Origin: a virus
Taxonomy: Duplodnaviria > Caudoviricetes
Direction: 5' to 3' (one strand)
IMG/VR virus record: IMGVR_UViG_3300011336_000071
Coordinates: 1-34,728 of that record
DNA: 34,728 nt
Position numbers and translations under genes: made by a program. A model generated the notes under the pieces. That model did not search any database, was not told where the DNA came from, and saw only the letters and a list, made by a program, of their open reading frames with translations. Numbering within the stretch: the stretch's first letter is position 1; every line of letters begins with the position of its first letter. Positions 33,693 through 34,728 of this stretch are shown here, in pieces.

Positions 33693-34357
33693 GCTGTCTC
33701 TCCTTGTAGCGCCCTGCGGATTGCCTCATGCGAAACAATAACCCCGTGGCTGGTTTTTAAAATTGCCGATATGGCCCGAAAACTAATTCCTGTCGCACGC
33801 ATCTCCTTTGCATACGCCAGCGCTGCCTGCTCATGGGGAATCGGCACCAGCGTGGCAGCTTGACCAGAACCCTCAATGCGATACCCAAACTTGGCTGAAC
33901 CGCCCAGATGGCCACCAGCCTTGCGCTTGGCAGCCTGCCCCTGCTTCTGGCGTTCCTTCAGCACTCTACGCTCATGGCCGGCAAAGCTGCACAAGATCTC
34001 CAGCATGAGCTGCGCGTAGATGTTGCTGGAGTCAGTGACATCCCCGTGGCCGTTGATGATCAGCTTGACGCCAAGCTCCTTGCACTTCTTGATCGACTGC
34101 AAGGCATCCAGCAAATCACGGCTGAACCGATCCAGCTTGGCCACGATCACAGTGTCGCCCTGCTGGAGCGTGACTCCGTTGGCTTGCAGCCGTGCAAAGA
34201 AGGGGTCTGCGCCACTGACGCCGCCATCCTCAATAAACTGCTCGATCACCAGGTTGTGCGTTAGGGCGTTGCCGCTGATTTGCCGCTTTTGCTCCTGCAT
34301 GCTGGTGTTGTCAACCTGCTCTGTGGTGCTGACCCTCACATATCCAAACACTGTCAT
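33689..34357 (-). CDS. Serine recombinase (resolvase/invertase family)
   Basis: GYVRVST (catalytic Ser), DGGVSGA, AKLDRFSRD, FAGHER...ERQKQG, KFGY and a C-terminal DNA-binding segment. Confidence 0.92.
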   Translation of the reverse strand: MTVFGYVRVSTTEQVDNTSMQEQKRQISGNALTHNLVIEQFIEDGGVSGADPFFARLQANGVTLQQGDTVIVAKLDRFSRDLLDALQSIKKCKELGVKLIINGHGDVTDSSNIYAQLMLEILCSFAGHERRVLKERQKQGQAAKRKAGGHLGGSAKFGYRIEGSGQAATLVPIPHEQAALAYAKEMRATGISFRAISAILKTSHGVIVSHEAIRRALQGETA

Positions 34358-34393
34358 AGTTGCGCTCCTTGTTAATTTTTAACTTGTAGCGCA

Positions 34394-34421
34394 ATTATGT
34401 ATCAGGTTGGCAGGTTGTCAA
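34394..34421 (-). promoter_or_regulatory. Sigma70-type promoter for the recombinase/early cassette
   Basis: TTGACA-16 nt-CATAAT; upstream A/T tracts (34425-34449, UP-element-like); CAACCTG repeated twice across the -35 end and spacer. Confidence 0.7.
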
Positions 34422-34570
34422 GGGATTTTTAAAAAAAAATTTTTTTTTAGGGGATTGAGGGTTGGTAGGTGTTGAGTGCCGCATCAGCCGCCCCCGCCAA
34501 GGCGCGGGACGGGGGGGGTCGCGGCGCGGCGCCGGCCAGCCGACCAGCGGCCTGCCCCAGAAACCGAGGG

Positions 34571-34728
34571 TTAGCCCTCGTCAATCGCGTCTTTGTCAAT
34601 CCCGTTTACGGGCGTGACAGCGCGATGCCTTAGCGCGTCCAGCGCCAGGCTGCCAAGGTCGATGTTCACCAGAGGCGCAGGCTTGTCAGAGTAGTCCACA
34701 TTGACCTTGCCAGCGAGCCATGCACGCC
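34571..34728 (-). CDS. terS: Terminase small subunit, C-terminal fragment
   Basis: Manual translation RAWLAGKVNVDYSDKPAPLVNIDLGSLALDALRHR..., matching the RxWxAxK...YxDK pattern of Sf6/P22-like TerS. Confidence 0.65.
   Translation of the reverse strand, partial: RAWLAGKVNVDYSDKPAPLVNIDLGSLALDALRHRAVTPVNGIDKDAIDEG

Noticed and set aside
33689-34357. IS607 or Tn3 transposon
   Set aside because: No N-terminal MerR-type HTH, no tnpB or tnpA, no terminal repeats seen; ATGA-coupled to ordinary phage genes.

Overview
Near-complete (~35 kb) genome of a small tailed dsDNA phage with podovirus-type (P22/SU10-like) architecture, read mostly on the minus strand. Replication/modification module (1-7763): partial VRR-NUC, Prim-Pol/PriCT-2/VapE primase-helicase, C5 DNA methyltransferase, DUF2800 nuclease, SNF2 helicase and DUF2815 SSB; no DNA polymerase is visible. 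A small regulatory and rightward operon follows (7760-8845). The virion and lysis module (8852-31520) has ejection proteins, tail tube, GH108 endolysin, holins, S74 tail fibre, adaptor, capsid, scaffold, portal and TerL, with two GT2 glycosyltransferases and a SAM methyltransferase embedded. An early-like cassette headed by a serine recombinase sits between terS and terL. The best leads are: (1) a back-to-back pair of unannotated RNAs upstream of the primase, a P1 c4/P4 CI-like cloverleaf and a divergent anti-Shine-Dalgarno sRNA whose seed is complementary to several phage RBSs; (2) a C5-MTase spread over all three reading frames, with a nested EcoHK31I-beta-like ORF and a G12 frameshift tract; (3) a T4 T-like GAF holin next to a second holin; (4) a possible virion glycosylation kit. 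Family assignments come from motif recognition by eye, not from database searches.
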